Shown: positions 50,374 to 61,026 of the stretch, in pieces
How the letters are laid out: the number at the start of each line of letters is the position of its first letter
Position numbering within the stretch: position 1 is the stretch's first letter
Assembly: GCA_963718315.1 (NCBI GenBank)
Contig: CAVQZC010000003.1
Span: forward strand, 151,748-215,747
Origin: an uncultured Actinomycetes bacterium
Lineage (GTDB): Bacteria > Actinomycetota > Thermoleophilia > Gaiellales > JAICJC01
DNA length: 64,000 nucleotides
Direction of reading: 5' to 3'
Program-made: the position numbers and the translations under genes
Notes under the pieces: generated by a model
What the model saw: the letters and a program-made list of their open reading frames with translations, nothing else
What the model was told of the DNA's origin: nothing
The model's database searches: none

Positions 50374-51480
50374 ATGAAGATCCGCGCAGCCGTGCTGGAG
50401 GAGTTCGGGGAGCCGCTGGTCGTCCAGGAGGTCGACCTCGCGGAGCCGCACGCGGGCGAGGTGCTGGTGCGCCTGGTTGCGTGCGGGGTCTGCCACACCG
50501 ACCTCTACACCGCGTCGGGAGCGGACCCGTCGGGCTACTCGCCCACCGTGCTCGGGCATGAGGGCGCAGGCGTCGTCGAACGCGTCGGCGAGGGCGTCAC
50601 CCTGGTCGAGCCGGGCGATCACGTCGTCACGCTGTTCTCGCCGCAGTGCGGCAAGTGCATCCACTGCCAGAGCTCGAAGACGAACCTCTGCCTTGCTATC
50701 CGCGACCAGCAGGGCAAGGGCTATCTGCCGGACGGCACGGCGCGGCTGTCGCGCGACGGCGAGCCGATCCGCCACTTCATGGGCACCAGCACGTTCGCCG
50801 AGTACACGGTGATGCCGGAGATCGCCCTGGCCAAGATCTCACCCGATGCACCCCTGGAGGGCGCCGCCCTGTTCGCCTGCGGGCTATCCACCGGCCTGGG
50901 GGCGGCGATCAACACGGCCCGGGTCGAGCCCGGGTCGACCTGCGTGGTGTTCGGCGCGGGAATGGTCGGCCTGGGGGCGGTCGCCGGCTGCCGGCTGCAG
51001 GGCGCCGAGCGGATCGTCTGCGTCGACCTGTCGGAGGAGCGGCTCGACCTGGCGCGCGGACAGGGTGCGACCGACGTGATGGTCGGCGGTGACGACTCCG
51101 TCGAGCGGATCGTCGAGATGACCGGCGGCTTCGGCGCCGACTACACCTTCGAGGCCACCGGCAACGTCAGGGTGATGCGCCAGGCCGTCGAGGCGGCACG
51201 GATGGGTTGGGGCCTGTGCACCGTGGCGGGCGTCGCCGGGCGCGGCGAGACCCTCGACATCGTCCCGCGCTTCCTGATCACCGGCCGGCGGGTGGCCGGC
51301 TCGTCGTTTGGCGGCGTCAAGGGCCGCGACGGAGTCCCCCGCTTCGTCGACCGGTGGCTGGCGGGCGAGATCGACGTCGACCCGTTCCTGTCCCACTCGA
51401 TCACGCTCGACGAGGTCAACCGCGGCTTCGAGCTGATGGAGGCGCAGGACGGCATCCGCAGCGTGATCTCCTTCGCATGA
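50374..51480 (+). CDS. Class-III zinc alcohol dehydrogenase (S-(hydroxymethyl)thiol / formaldehyde dehydrogenase type)
   Basis: ATG 50374. CGVCHTDLYTASGADPSGYSPTVLGHEGAG, PQCGKCIHCQSSKTNLC and MGTSTFAEYTV closely parallel class-III ADH. Confidence 0.88.
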   Translation: MKIRAAVLEEFGEPLVVQEVDLAEPHAGEVLVRLVACGVCHTDLYTASGADPSGYSPTVLGHEGAGVVERVGEGVTLVEPGDHVVTLFSPQCGKCIHCQSSKTNLCLAIRDQQGKGYLPDGTARLSRDGEPIRHFMGTSTFAEYTVMPEIALAKISPDAPLEGAALFACGLSTGLGAAINTARVEPGSTCVVFGAGMVGLGAVAGCRLQGAERIVCVDLSEERLDLARGQGATDVMVGGDDSVERIVEMTGGFGADYTFEATGNVRVMRQAVEAARMGWGLCTVAGVAGRGETLDIVPRFLITGRRVAGSSFGGVKGRDGVPRFVDRWLAGEIDVDPFLSHSITLDEVNRGFELMEAQDGIRSVISFA

Positions 51481-52181
51481 TCATCGAGCGTACAGAGCAC
51501 CCGACCTGGACGTCGAACGCCTACCTGGTGGCTGACGGCCCCGGCGGGCACGGCGTTCTCATCGACGGCAACGGCGTCACCGATCCCCTGCTCGAGCGCA
51601 TCGAGCAGGACGACATCACGATCACCCACATCCTCAACACGCACTCCCACCACGACCACGTGGTGGACAACGAGCGCTATCAGCAGCGCTTCGGCGTGCC
51701 GCTGCTGCGCTGGCCGGAGTTCGCCGACGAGCAGGTGATCGAATCGGGCGACCTTCGGATCCGCGGTCTCTACACGCCAGGGCACTGCCGCGACCACCTC
51801 AGCTTCGACGTCAACGGCACCGATGTCTTCACTGCGGACGTGCTCTTCAAGGGCACGCTGGGCGGCACCGCCGGCGGCGGTGAGACCGGGTATGCGGACA
51901 TCAAGCACTCGGTGATGGACCGGCTGATGAAGCTGGATCCCGCCACCGCTGTGCATCCCGGGCACACGCTGCCGACGACGATCGGCGACGAGTGGGAGAC
52001 CAACCCCTTCATCCGCATCTGGCGCGGGCTCGATCCCGAGGGCACCGATCAGTGCGAGGTCCGCGGTGAGCCGGCCACCCTCGTGCTCTGGGCGCCGGAC
52101 TACGACGGCACGAACAAGGCCTGGGTGCGCTTCCCGGACGGCCGCGACGCGATCGTCGGCGGCTCCCAGGTCACTCGCTGA
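51477..52181 (+). CDS. MBL-fold metallo-hydrolase (putative S-formylthiol hydrolase partner)
   Basis: ATGA overlap with the ADH stop. THSHHDH metal motif. The pairing with a class-III ADH mirrors the mycobacterial mscR-fmh arrangement (from memory). Confidence 0.75.
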   Translation: MIIERTEHPTWTSNAYLVADGPGGHGVLIDGNGVTDPLLERIEQDDITITHILNTHSHHDHVVDNERYQQRFGVPLLRWPEFADEQVIESGDLRIRGLYTPGHCRDHLSFDVNGTDVFTADVLFKGTLGGTAGGGETGYADIKHSVMDRLMKLDPATAVHPGHTLPTTIGDEWETNPFIRIWRGLDPEGTDQCEVRGEPATLVLWAPDYDGTNKAWVRFPDGRDAIVGGSQVTR

Positions 52182-52199
52182 GGGCCGCCTGAGTTTCTG

Positions 52200-52926
52200 C
52201 TAGCCGCGCTTGAAGATGCCGCGCCAGCCGCTGCCGTCGTTCTCGCCGGAGGCGAGATCGCGAAGCGCCGAGACGTCGATCTGCGCGTCGCCCTCGGGCT
52301 CGCGGCCTCCGGACAGGATGCGGTCGATGCGGGCGACGCTGTCGGCGTCGATGTCGATGAAGCGGCAGCCGACCACGATGTGCCCTGGCGGCGGCGGCCG
52401 GGCGCACCGATGCGACGCGAACCTCGCCCGCGATCGAGTCGGCGAAGAATCGGCCGTTGAAGACCAGCCGGTCGCCCTCGCGGAGCACGCGGGTGGTCGT
52501 GAATGCCACCCCGGTGCGGGAGAGATCCTCCAGCGACCCGTCCACCCGGTCACCGTCGACGATGTCGCGGCAGTTCACAGCTTCCAGCCAGGCCACGCCG
52601 CCGATCGGCACCCGCTGGGCGGAGCGCCGCGTGGTGTCGACCTCGCAGCCCATTGCCCGCATCCGGCAGACGGCCAGGTCGGGCGTGTGGTAGCTCGCGT
52701 CCTCCAACTGGAGCGGGATCACCCACGGCTGGCCGTCAGGCCCGATGACACGGCCGGTCAGCTCCATGCCGGTCTGCACCGACAATCGCGGCGCCGTTGC
52801 CACCACCAGGTCGTTCTCGATCCGGATGGCGTGCACCCGGATGAAGGCTCCGTCGGAGATCTCGAGCTCGACGTCTGGCTGCGCAAAGAGCAGGCCGACG
52901 GCTTCCGCGGGCGTGAACGGCGTCAT
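52200..52926 (-). pseudogene. PilZ-domain protein, one frameshift near 52390
   Basis: RRSAQRVPIGG...DLSRTGVAF (PilZ RxxxR / DxSxxG) lies in ORF 52171-52926. The C-terminal GHIVVGCRFIDIDADSVARIDRIL lies in ORF 52200-52553. Confidence 0.65.
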
Positions 52927-52990
52927 GAGGCACGTATCGGCCGCGCGACGCCGCTTCTTTACTGTTGGGCGCTCTAAGCCGCCGCCGTGG

Positions 52991-54304
52991 TCAGCCCGCG
53001 TTCACGACCTCGTCGAACTGGGCCTCCTCGGTCGATCCCCGAAGCGCCAGCGTCGACGACTCGCCGGCCGAGGCGGCGGTGGCCGCGCGGTCGAAGTAGC
53101 CGGCGCCGACCTCTCGCTGGTGGCGGGTCGCCGTATAGCCGTCCGCCTCCGAGGCGAACTCCCGCTCCTGCAGCTCGACGTAGGCGCTCATGCCGTCGCG
53201 CGCGTAGCCGTGGGCGAGGTCGAACATCGAGTGGTTGAGCGCGTGGAACCCGGCCAGGGTGATGAACTGGAACCGGTAGCCCATGCCGCCGAGCTCCCGC
53301 TGGAAGGCCGCGATCGTGGCGTCGTCGAGGTGCCGTTTCCAGTTGAACGAGGGCGAGCAGTTGTACGCCAGCAGCTTGCCCGGGAAGCGCTCGTGGATGG
53401 CGTCCGCGAACGTCTCGGCGTCGGCCAGGTCGGGTGTCGAGGTCTCGCACCAGATGACGTCGGCGTAGGGCGCGTACGCCAGGCCGCGCGCGATCGCGGA
53501 CTGAAGGCCGCCGGTGACCCTGAAGTAGCCCTCGGCCGTTCGCTCGCCGGTGATGAACGGATGGTCGCGCTCGTCGACGTCGCTGGTCAGCAGCGTGGCC
53601 GCGTCAGCGTCCGTGCGGGCGACCAGCACGGTCGGCACGTCCTGGACGTCGGCGGCGAGCCGCGCCGCGTTCAGGGTACGGATGAACTGCGAAGTCGGCA
53701 CCAGCACCTTGCCGCCCAGGTGGCCGCACTTCTTCTCGGAGGCGAGCTGATCCTCGAAGTGGACGCCGGCTGCGCCCGCCTCGATCATGCCGCGCATCAG
53801 CTCGAAGGCGTTCAGCGGGCCCCCGAACCCGGCCTCCGCGTCGGCGACGATCGGCGCCATCCAGTGCACCGACGTGTCGCCCTCCCCGAACGCGACCTGG
53901 TCGGCCCGCCGCAGCGCGTTGTTGATCCGCCGAACGACCGCCGGCACGCTGTTGGCCGGGTACAGGCTCTGGTCTGGGTACACCTGCTCGCCCAGATTTG
54001 CGTCGGCAGCCACCTGCCAGCCCGAGAGGTAGATCGCTTCCAGACCGGCGCGAACCATCTGCACGGCCTGGCCGCCCGTCATCGCCCCCAGGGCGTGGAT
54101 GTACGGGCCGCGGTGCATCAGATCCATCAGGCGCTCCGCTCCCATCCGGGCCAGGGAGTGCTCGACGCCGACGGTCCCCCGCAGCTGGATCACCTCGTCG
54201 GCCTCGTAGCGCCGCTGGATGCCCGTCCAGCGCTCGTCGTCTTGCCACTGCCGGTCGAGCCTCGCGGCTGCGCGATCGATCCGGGTCCGGTGCACCTCGT
54301 TCAT
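52991..54304 (-). CDS. aceA: Isocitrate lyase
   Basis: ATG 54304 with GGAGGAGG upstream. KKCGHLGGK catalytic motif, plus SPSFNW and ITLAGFH. Confidence 0.93.
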   Translation of the reverse strand: MNEVHRTRIDRAAARLDRQWQDDERWTGIQRRYEADEVIQLRGTVGVEHSLARMGAERLMDLMHRGPYIHALGAMTGGQAVQMVRAGLEAIYLSGWQVAADANLGEQVYPDQSLYPANSVPAVVRRINNALRRADQVAFGEGDTSVHWMAPIVADAEAGFGGPLNAFELMRGMIEAGAAGVHFEDQLASEKKCGHLGGKVLVPTSQFIRTLNAARLAADVQDVPTVLVARTDADAATLLTSDVDERDHPFITGERTAEGYFRVTGGLQSAIARGLAYAPYADVIWCETSTPDLADAETFADAIHERFPGKLLAYNCSPSFNWKRHLDDATIAAFQRELGGMGYRFQFITLAGFHALNHSMFDLAHGYARDGMSAYVELQEREFASEADGYTATRHQREVGAGYFDRAATAASAGESSTLALRGSTEEAQFDEVVNAG

Positions 54305-54405
54305 TGCCGCCTCCTCCGTTGGAGGCCGAGCATACGGCCAGATCTGCCATGCCACAAATCGATCTTTCAGGTGACAGTCATCGAGGATCTTTATAGAATG
54401 GAACG

Positions 54406-55347
54406 GTGAAGCGGATCGAGGCCTTCGTGGAGGTCGCCCGGCGCGGCAACGTCACTCGGGCGGCGGAGGCGCTGTTCGTGACGCAGCCGGCACTGACCGC
54501 TCGTCTGCAGTCGCTGGAGCGCGATCTCGGCGTGCGGCTGTTCGTCCGCTCCGGGCGGGGCGTGCGCCTGACCGAGCACGGACAGGCGTTCCTGCCGTAC
54601 GCGGAGCGCTCCGTCGAGGCGCTGGCTGACGGCCGGCGGCTGCTGGCCGAGCTGGAGCGGGGCGGTGCCGGGCAGCTGGTGATCGGCGCGGCCCCGGCGG
54701 TCTCGACGTACGTCCTGCCGTCGATCCTGGAGCGCTTCCACGCAGCCCATCCCCGCGTCCAGCTGACCGTTCGCACCGGCCACTCCGAGGAGGTGCTGGA
54801 GATGGTCGTCCGCCGCCAGGTGCAGGTGGGTCTGGTGCGGGCGCTCCGCCACCCCGAGCTGGCGGTGATTCCGCTGTACGAGGACGAGCTGGTACTGGTC
54901 ACCGATCCCGGGCATCCGTTCGCAGTGCGCCGGGAGATCGCGCTGGAGGCGATCGCCGGCGAGCGGCTGATCCTGTTCGACCGCGCGTCCAGCTACCACG
55001 ACCTGACCAGCGCATTCCTCGGCGAAGCGGGCGTCATTCCCGCCGGCTCGATGGAGCTCGACAACATCGACGCCACCAAGAAGATGGTGGCGCAGGGCCT
55101 GGGCGTCGCGCTGCTGCCGCGGACGGCAGTCGCCGAGGAGCTCGGGTCGGGGCGGCTGGCGTCGATCCGCATCCTGGACGCGCCGCCGCTGCGACGCCGC
55201 ATCGTCGCCCTCCACCGGCGGGAGCTGGCAGCGGCCAGCGGCATCCCCGGGGTGTTCCTTGACACCCTGGCCGAGATGCGCGCCGAGCTCCGTCTGGCGG
55301 GCGGTACGTTCGGGGCTGGTAAACCGCCGGGAGGCCCGCTAGCTTGA
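54406..55347 (+). CDS. LysR-family transcriptional regulator
   Basis: GTG 54406 preceded by TAGAAT + 6 nt. [38 protein letters not shown]. Divergent from aceA. Confidence 0.9.
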   Translation: MKRIEAFVEVARRGNVTRAAEALFVTQPALTARLQSLERDLGVRLFVRSGRGVRLTEHGQAFLPYAERSVEALADGRRLLAELERGGAGQLVIGAAPAVSTYVLPSILERFHAAHPRVQLTVRTGHSEEVLEMVVRRQVQVGLVRALRHPELAVIPLYEDELVLVTDPGHPFAVRREIALEAIAGERLILFDRASSYHDLTSAFLGEAGVIPAGSMELDNIDATKKMVAQGLGVALLPRTAVAEELGSGRLASIRILDAPPLRRRIVALHRRELAAASGIPGVFLDTLAEMRAELRLAGGTFGAGKPPGGPLA

Positions 55348-55352
55348 GACTG

Positions 55353-56237
55353 ATGGCACGTCGACTGGTCCCGGTTGGCCTCCTGGTAGCTGCGCTCGCA
55401 GCTGCGGGCTGCGGCTCTGCCGCGAGCGCTCACCACGCCCAGAAGCCGCGGACGATCAAGAAGTCGAGCTTCGTCGAGCTGGCCGCCAAGTCAGGGGCCC
55501 GCGCCAGGGCCGCCGGCAGTGCCCACATCACGCTGTCGATGTCGACGCGCATCGCCGGTTCGAATCAGGAGGGAGTCTCGATTCGGGGCAGTGGCGACGT
55601 CAGTTACAAGCCGCTCCGCGAGAGCCTGACGGTCAACCTGACCAGCGGGGTGCCCCGGCTCAAGGGCACCATGCACGAGGTCGTGACCCGGACGAAGCTG
55701 TTCATGAACTGGCCGCTGCTGAGCGCCCAGATCCCGGGTCACAAGCCCTGGGTCGAGGAAGACATGAGCGCGGTGGGCTCGGCGATGGGGATGAACATCA
55801 CCGGCTTGATGGCCCAGGGCAGCACCAGCAACCCGTCCCAGATGCTGACGTACTTGAAGGGTGTGTCCACGTTGAAGCTGGTCGGCCACGCGAGCCTCGG
55901 AGGTGTCGCCACCACCGAGTACACCGGCACGCTGGACTACGCGAAGCTGGCCGGCAAGGGCGTGATATCCAGGAAGATGCTCGACATGCTGCGCACCGAG
56001 CTGGGCGGCACCACCGTGCCGTTCAAGCTGTGGCTGGACGGCAACAAGATGGTGCGCCAGATGCAGATGGACATGCAGGTGACCGCGCCCAACGGCCCGA
56101 CCGCGCTGGTCCACGTCCAGTTCGGCTTCTCGAAGTTTGGCGAGAAGGTGCACATCGCGGTGCCGCCGGCCGACCAGGTCTACAACGCCACCAGGATGCT
56201 CTCGTCGCTCTCCTCGGGCGCCGGCTCGAGCAGCTAG
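55353..56237 (+). CDS. Putative lipoprotein
   Basis: MARRLVPVGLLVAALAAAGC lipobox. About 295 aa. Family not recognised. An alternative TTG start at 55344 overlaps the lysR stop. Confidence 0.6.
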   Translation: MARRLVPVGLLVAALAAAGCGSAASAHHAQKPRTIKKSSFVELAAKSGARARAAGSAHITLSMSTRIAGSNQEGVSIRGSGDVSYKPLRESLTVNLTSGVPRLKGTMHEVVTRTKLFMNWPLLSAQIPGHKPWVEEDMSAVGSAMGMNITGLMAQGSTSNPSQMLTYLKGVSTLKLVGHASLGGVATTEYTGTLDYAKLAGKGVISRKMLDMLRTELGGTTVPFKLWLDGNKMVRQMQMDMQVTAPNGPTALVHVQFGFSKFGEKVHIAVPPADQVYNATRMLSSLSSGAGSSS

Positions 56238-57085
56238 AGCAGCGTGATCACGGCCGCGATCGCCAGCGGCACGATGAACCAGCCGACGAACGTGAGCGCG
56301 ATCGCAACCACCGCCAGCGTCCGGCTCTCGTCGCGCGGTGGGTGGCCGCAATGCCCGATCGTCTCGTAGAGAGCCCGGAGCGCCGGCGTGACGCCCACGG
56401 CGATCCGCCGGTGCGCCAGGCCGGCGCCCTGCAGCAGCACCCACGACATCGCACCGAATACGGCCACCAGGACGATGCCGAGCGCGATCACGACCGGGCT
56501 GCCCTCTTTCTTGACGACGCCGGCTGACCGGGCGACCGACGCCAGCACGGGCAACGCGGCACCGCCGATCAGCACGGTCGGGATCGGCAGCCCACCGCCC
56601 TTGAATCCGACCACCAGCCGGTCGGCCTGGATCCGCGCACGGGCCAGCGATCGCCGCTCCTGGCTCATCACGGGCGCCTGCGCCTCGCGGCGGGCGTAGA
56701 GCATCGCCAGGTTGCGGATCACCCGCGCCACGTACCCCCGGACGATGGTGCGGGAGACGAACTCGATCGCGCTCTGGGCGAGGCTGCTGAACGGGCCGAG
56801 CCGGGGAATCTTGGGATTCCGCCAGCCCTGCCGGTCGGCAACCTCGAGCGCGCGCATCGTCAGCCGGTGGGCCTGCTCGAAGTGGTCGGGATGGGCGAGC
56901 GGCTGCGTGAACGCCAGCTCCGCCATCATCTCCGCCTCGGCGCGTGTGTTGATGCCAACCTCGTCCAGCGCGCGCTCGACGGCCTGCGACGGATCGCCCG
57001 TGATCAGCCGGTAGGTCTCACTCAACCGGTCGACGATCAGGTTGCCGTCGTCGGCCTCCCCGGCCGGCCGCTCGCGGTCAGACAT
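56234..57085 (-). CDS. Hypothetical membrane protein
   Basis: ATG 57085 (MSDRERPAGE...). The C-terminal half has three or four TM helices. I recognise no family. Confidence 0.5.
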   Translation of the reverse strand: MSDRERPAGEADDGNLIVDRLSETYRLITGDPSQAVERALDEVGINTRAEAEMMAELAFTQPLAHPDHFEQAHRLTMRALEVADRQGWRNPKIPRLGPFSSLAQSAIEFVSRTIVRGYVARVIRNLAMLYARREAQAPVMSQERRSLARARIQADRLVVGFKGGGLPIPTVLIGGAALPVLASVARSAGVVKKEGSPVVIALGIVLVAVFGAMSWVLLQGAGLAHRRIAVGVTPALRALYETIGHCGHPPRDESRTLAVVAIALTFVGWFIVPLAIAAVITLL

Positions 57086-57142
57086 CGCGCCTACGCTACC
57101 CGCCGCGCCGGTCGGCCCCGCCGAGGCCGCTGCTAGGTTCGC

Positions 57143-58421
57143 ATGATGGACCCGACGGTTGACCCTGCCCTGCAATCGGAGCTGTCAGCCGCCGTCGCGG
57201 CCGAGACGGACGCGGGCGTCGACCTGCTCCGCCGACTGGTCGAGCAGCCCACGGTGCTGGGCAACGAGGAGCCCGGCCAGGCGGTGATGGCAGAGGCCTA
57301 CCGCGAGCTGGGACTGCAGCCGGTCGACGTGCCGATGGATGCCGCGGAGCTGCGCGCCCACCCCCACGCCGCACCCTTCTCGTGGGACGTCACCGGCAAG
57401 CGCAACGTGGTCGCCGGGCTCGGCGGTGACGGAGGCGGCCGATCGCTGATCTTCAACGGCCACATCGACGTGGTCAGCTCCCAGCCCGACCGCCTGTGGA
57501 GCACGCCGCCGTTCCGCCCCACCATCGACGGCGACTGGATGTACGGGCGCGGCGCGGGCGACATGAAGTCGGGGCTGGTCGCGGCGGTGATGGCTGCGGC
57601 CGCGCTGCGCCGGGTCGGGGTCGAGCCGGCAGGCCGGCTGACGCTGCAGTCGGTGGTCGAGGAGGAGTGCGGCGGCAACGGCGCTCTGGCCTGCGTGGCC
57701 GCCGGCTACACGGCCGACGCCTGCGTCGTGATCGAGCCGTTCGGCGCCACCCTCACGACCGCCCAGGTCGGGGTGCTGTGGTTCGACGTCACCGTCGCCG
57801 GCCACCCCGTGCATGTCGCCGATGCCGGCGAGGGTGCCAACGCAATCGAGGCCAGCTACCACATCATCCGGGCGCTCCGCGAGCTGGAGGCGGAGCTGAA
57901 CACCGATCCACCCCCGGCCTTCGCCGCGTACCCCCATCCATTGAACCTGAACGTTGGAGTGATCGAGGGTGGGGACTGGAGGTCGACGGTGGCGGGAGAG
58001 TGCGTAACCCGCTTCCGGCTGGCTCGCTACCCGGGCGCGCCGCTGGAGGAGCTGCGAGACCGGATCGAGGAGGTCGTCGCGCAAGCGTCGCGGACGCACC
58101 CCTACCTGGCCGAGCATCCCGCGGTCGTCTCCTACGACGGGTTCGACTGCGAGGGGTACGAGCTCGCCTGCCGACGAGGACGTGATCACCGGGCTGCGCG
58201 CCTGCCACAGGACGGTGACCGGGACCGATCCCGAGCTGGTCGCCACCACCGCCACCACCGACGCCCGCACCTTCGGGCTCTACGGCGGCATCCCCAGCAC
58301 CTGTTTCGGTCCCTACGGCGAGGGCTACCACGCGGCGGACGAACGCGTCTTCCTGCCGTCGATCACGACCACGGCTCAGGTGCTTGCCCTGATGGTCTGC
58401 TCGTGGTGCGGTGTGCGGTGA
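57143..58421 (+). pseudogene. M20 family deacylase (ArgE/DapE-like), one frameshift near 58170
   Basis: FNGHIDVV, GRGAGDMKSG and EEECGGNG are in ORF 57143-58807. The C-terminal ...VITGLRACHRTVTGTDPELVATTATTDARTF...GEGYHAADERV is in ORF 58182-58421. The start may be the second ATG at 57146 (TAGGTT + 6 nt). Confidence 0.78.
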
Positions 58422-58494
58422 GCAGGCCCGGAGACTTCGAATTTCGCGCCTCGACCTGTACCATCGGCTGCAAACGCCAAGTGGGAGGGTTTAG

Positions 58495-59958
58495 GTGCCG
58501 ACGCTCGACGCTCCGCTCGAGGGAATCTCGGATATTCGCAGGTACTTCCGCACCAACGAGACGCCGATCTACTTCGTCTCCGCGACCGCGTTCAACCTGC
58601 TTGGCATCGACCGCTGGGTCCGCAACTTCCGCTTCGTCAATTACTACGACTCCTTCGACGGGCACCACCCCAACGTGTTCGTGCCCGGGGAGCGCAGCCC
58701 ACGCGCGTTCACGTCGATCGAGGAGATCTGCAACTACCTGCTCGGCCACAAGGAGGTCGGGGACTGGATGCGGACCCGCGGCGAGGGCGGGAAGGCGGTG
58801 TTCCTGATGTTCGACCCCGAGACCGAGGAGCTGGCCGGTGAGCTCGGCCTGAAGGTGGCGTTCCCTCCGGCCTCGCTTCGCAACCGCCTCGACTCCAAGA
58901 TCGAGACCACCCGGATCGGCAACGAGGCCGGCGTGCCCAGCGTCCCCAACGCCCTCGGCCGGTCGATCACGTACGCCGCGCTGACCAACCTCGCAGCCGA
59001 CGCCGGCCTCGGCACCGACCTGGTCGTGCAGACGCCGTACGGCGACTCCGGCCAGACGACGTTCTTCATTGCCAACGAGGGCGACTGGAACGAGCACTCC
59101 GAGAAGCTGCTGGAGGAGGAGCTGAAGGTGATGCGCCGCATCAACTGCCGCGAGCTCGCGATCGAGGGCGTGATCACCCGCCACGGAACGCTGGTCGGAC
59201 CGCTGATGACCGAGCTGGCGGGGTTCCCCGAGCTGACGCCGTACGGTGGGGGCTGGTGCGGCAACGACGTCCACGCCTCGGTGCTCGACCAGGCCGGACG
59301 CGACCAGGCGAGGGCGCGCACCCGTGCCATCGGCGAGCGGCTGCGCCAGGAGGGCTACCGGGGGTACTTCGAGCTCGACTTCCTGGCCGACATCGACAGC
59401 GGCGAGATGTACCTGGGCGAGCTGAACCCGCGGGTCACCGGTGCATCGTCGATGACGAACGTCACGGCCGTTGCCTACGGCGACATGCCGCTGTTCCTGT
59501 TCCATCTGCTCGAGTTCATGGACGTCGACTACGAGATCGACGTCGACGCGCTCAACGAGCGCTGGGCGCAGCCGCAGAGCATCGATGCCTGGAGCCAGTT
59601 CATCCTCAAGCAGACCGACGACACGGTCGAGATGATCAGCGATGCGCCGACCTCGGGTATCTGGAGCATGTCGGCCGACGGGTCGATCAGGTTCGTGCGC
59701 CGCGACACGGACTGGCACACCGTCGCCGACGAGGACGAGGCGTTCTACCTGCGGATCGCCCAGGCCGGCCAGTACCGCTATCCGGGGGCGGATCTCGGGA
59801 TCCTGGTGACCCGCGGACGGCTGATGGACGACCACGGCGAGCTCACCGAGCGGGCTCACCGCTGGATCTCGGGGATCAAGTCCGAGTTCCATGGAACCCC
59901 GGCCGCGCCGTCCGCCGTGATGCCGCAACCTGAGCCTTTCTCGTTCAAGATGCTGTGA
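58495..59958 (+). CDS. ATP-grasp family carboxylate-amine/peptide ligase with pre-ATP-grasp N-domain (PGM1-like by recollection)
   Basis: 487 aa. GTG start with GGGAGGG upstream. ATP-grasp core ...LVVQTPYGDSGQTTFFI...GYFELDFLAD...YLGELNPRVTGAS. Confidence 0.7.
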   Translation: MPTLDAPLEGISDIRRYFRTNETPIYFVSATAFNLLGIDRWVRNFRFVNYYDSFDGHHPNVFVPGERSPRAFTSIEEICNYLLGHKEVGDWMRTRGEGGKAVFLMFDPETEELAGELGLKVAFPPASLRNRLDSKIETTRIGNEAGVPSVPNALGRSITYAALTNLAADAGLGTDLVVQTPYGDSGQTTFFIANEGDWNEHSEKLLEEELKVMRRINCRELAIEGVITRHGTLVGPLMTELAGFPELTPYGGGWCGNDVHASVLDQAGRDQARARTRAIGERLRQEGYRGYFELDFLADIDSGEMYLGELNPRVTGASSMTNVTAVAYGDMPLFLFHLLEFMDVDYEIDVDALNERWAQPQSIDAWSQFILKQTDDTVEMISDAPTSGIWSMSADGSIRFVRRDTDWHTVADEDEAFYLRIAQAGQYRYPGADLGILVTRGRLMDDHGELTERAHRWISGIKSEFHGTPAAPSAVMPQPEPFSFKML

Positions 59959-60976
59959 ATGAAGCGAGCCATGCAACACGAGATTTCTGAGATCCCGTTC
60001 ACGTTCGAGGCCATCGACGAGCCCCTTCCGGGGCTGCGCTGGCAGCGTCTGTTCGAGGAGCGCTGGCCGGCCTACCGCAGGTGGTTCCTGCACGCCGGCG
60101 AGGCGAACCTGTCGAGCTACGCGGTCTGCCGCCGTCAGCTCCGCGACCACATGCCGGAGCTGCTCGGCACCTACGACCGGCTGGTCGAGCTGGCCGGCGG
60201 CGGCGACCTGGCGGCCCGGATGCTCTCGATGTGGAACCCGCCCTCGTACCTGTCGGGCTGCTCGCAGGCGGTGCTGGACGCGCGGGCGGCCGCTGCTGGT
60301 GCGCAACTATGACTACGCACCCTCGCGGCTGGAGGGCGTGATCCTGGGCACGAACTGGGAAGGCCGCGGCGTGATCGGCATGAGCGACTGCCTGTGGGGC
60401 CTGCTGGACGGCGTCAACGACGCCGGCTTCGGCGTCTCGCTGGCCTTCGGCGGCCGGCCGGTGACGGGCGAGGGCTTCGGCGTGCCGCTGGTGCTCCGCT
60501 ACCTGCTGCAGGTGTGCGAGACGGTGGAGGATGCCCGCGAGGTGCTCGCGCGGCTGCCCTACCAGCTCGCCCACACGCTGACGATGGCCGACCGCTCGGG
60601 CGGTGTGTTGACCGCATACCTGGCGCCCGACCGTGCCGTCGAGTTCCGCGAAGCCTCCGCCGCAACCAACCACCAGGGCGCCGTCGAGTGGACGGAGCAC
60701 GCCGCCGCCACCCGCTCGCTGGAGCGCGAGCACTGCATGACGGCGCTGCTCGACGACCCCGCGGTCACGGAGCAGGAGTTCCTGGACGCGTTCCTCAAGC
60801 CGCCGCTGTGGAGCGGCACCTACTCCAAGGGCTTCGGCACGCTCTACACGGCGGTGTACGACCTGCAGGCGGGCTCGGTGACCTACGTCTGGCCCGACTC
60901 GTCGTGGAAGTTCGCGTTCGGCGATTTCCACGAGGGAGCGCGCGTGGAGCGCTTCCACGAGGTCTCCGCAGCCTGA
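59959..60976 (+). pseudogene. Peptidase C45 / acyl-CoA:6-APA acyltransferase-like Ntn hydrolase, one frameshift near 60285
   Basis: The ATG directly follows the ATP-grasp stop. SGCSQAVL (putative autoproteolytic Gly-Cys) is in ORF 59959-60312. LLVRNYDY... and the remainder are in ORF 60299-60976. Confidence 0.7.
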
Positions 60977-60991
60977 TCTTTCGGCGCAGAT

Positions 60992-61020
60992 TTGACGCGG
61001 TAGTGAGTATTCACTAACCT
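60992..61020 (+). promoter_or_regulatory. tetR promoter with overlapping 9/11 palindrome (candidate TetR operator)
   Basis: TTGACG (60992-97), 17 nt, TAACCT (61015-20), 6 nt, ATG 61027. Inverted repeat GGTAGTGAGTA / TATTCACTAAC at 60999-61018. Confidence 0.45.
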
Positions 61021-61026
61021 GCGGCG

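Noticed and set aside
52381-52400. The (GGC)4 tract at the PilZ frame break acting as a slipped-strand phase-variation switch.
   Set aside because: Unit-length slippage of a triplet repeat does not change the reading frame, and four units is too short to argue for phase variation.
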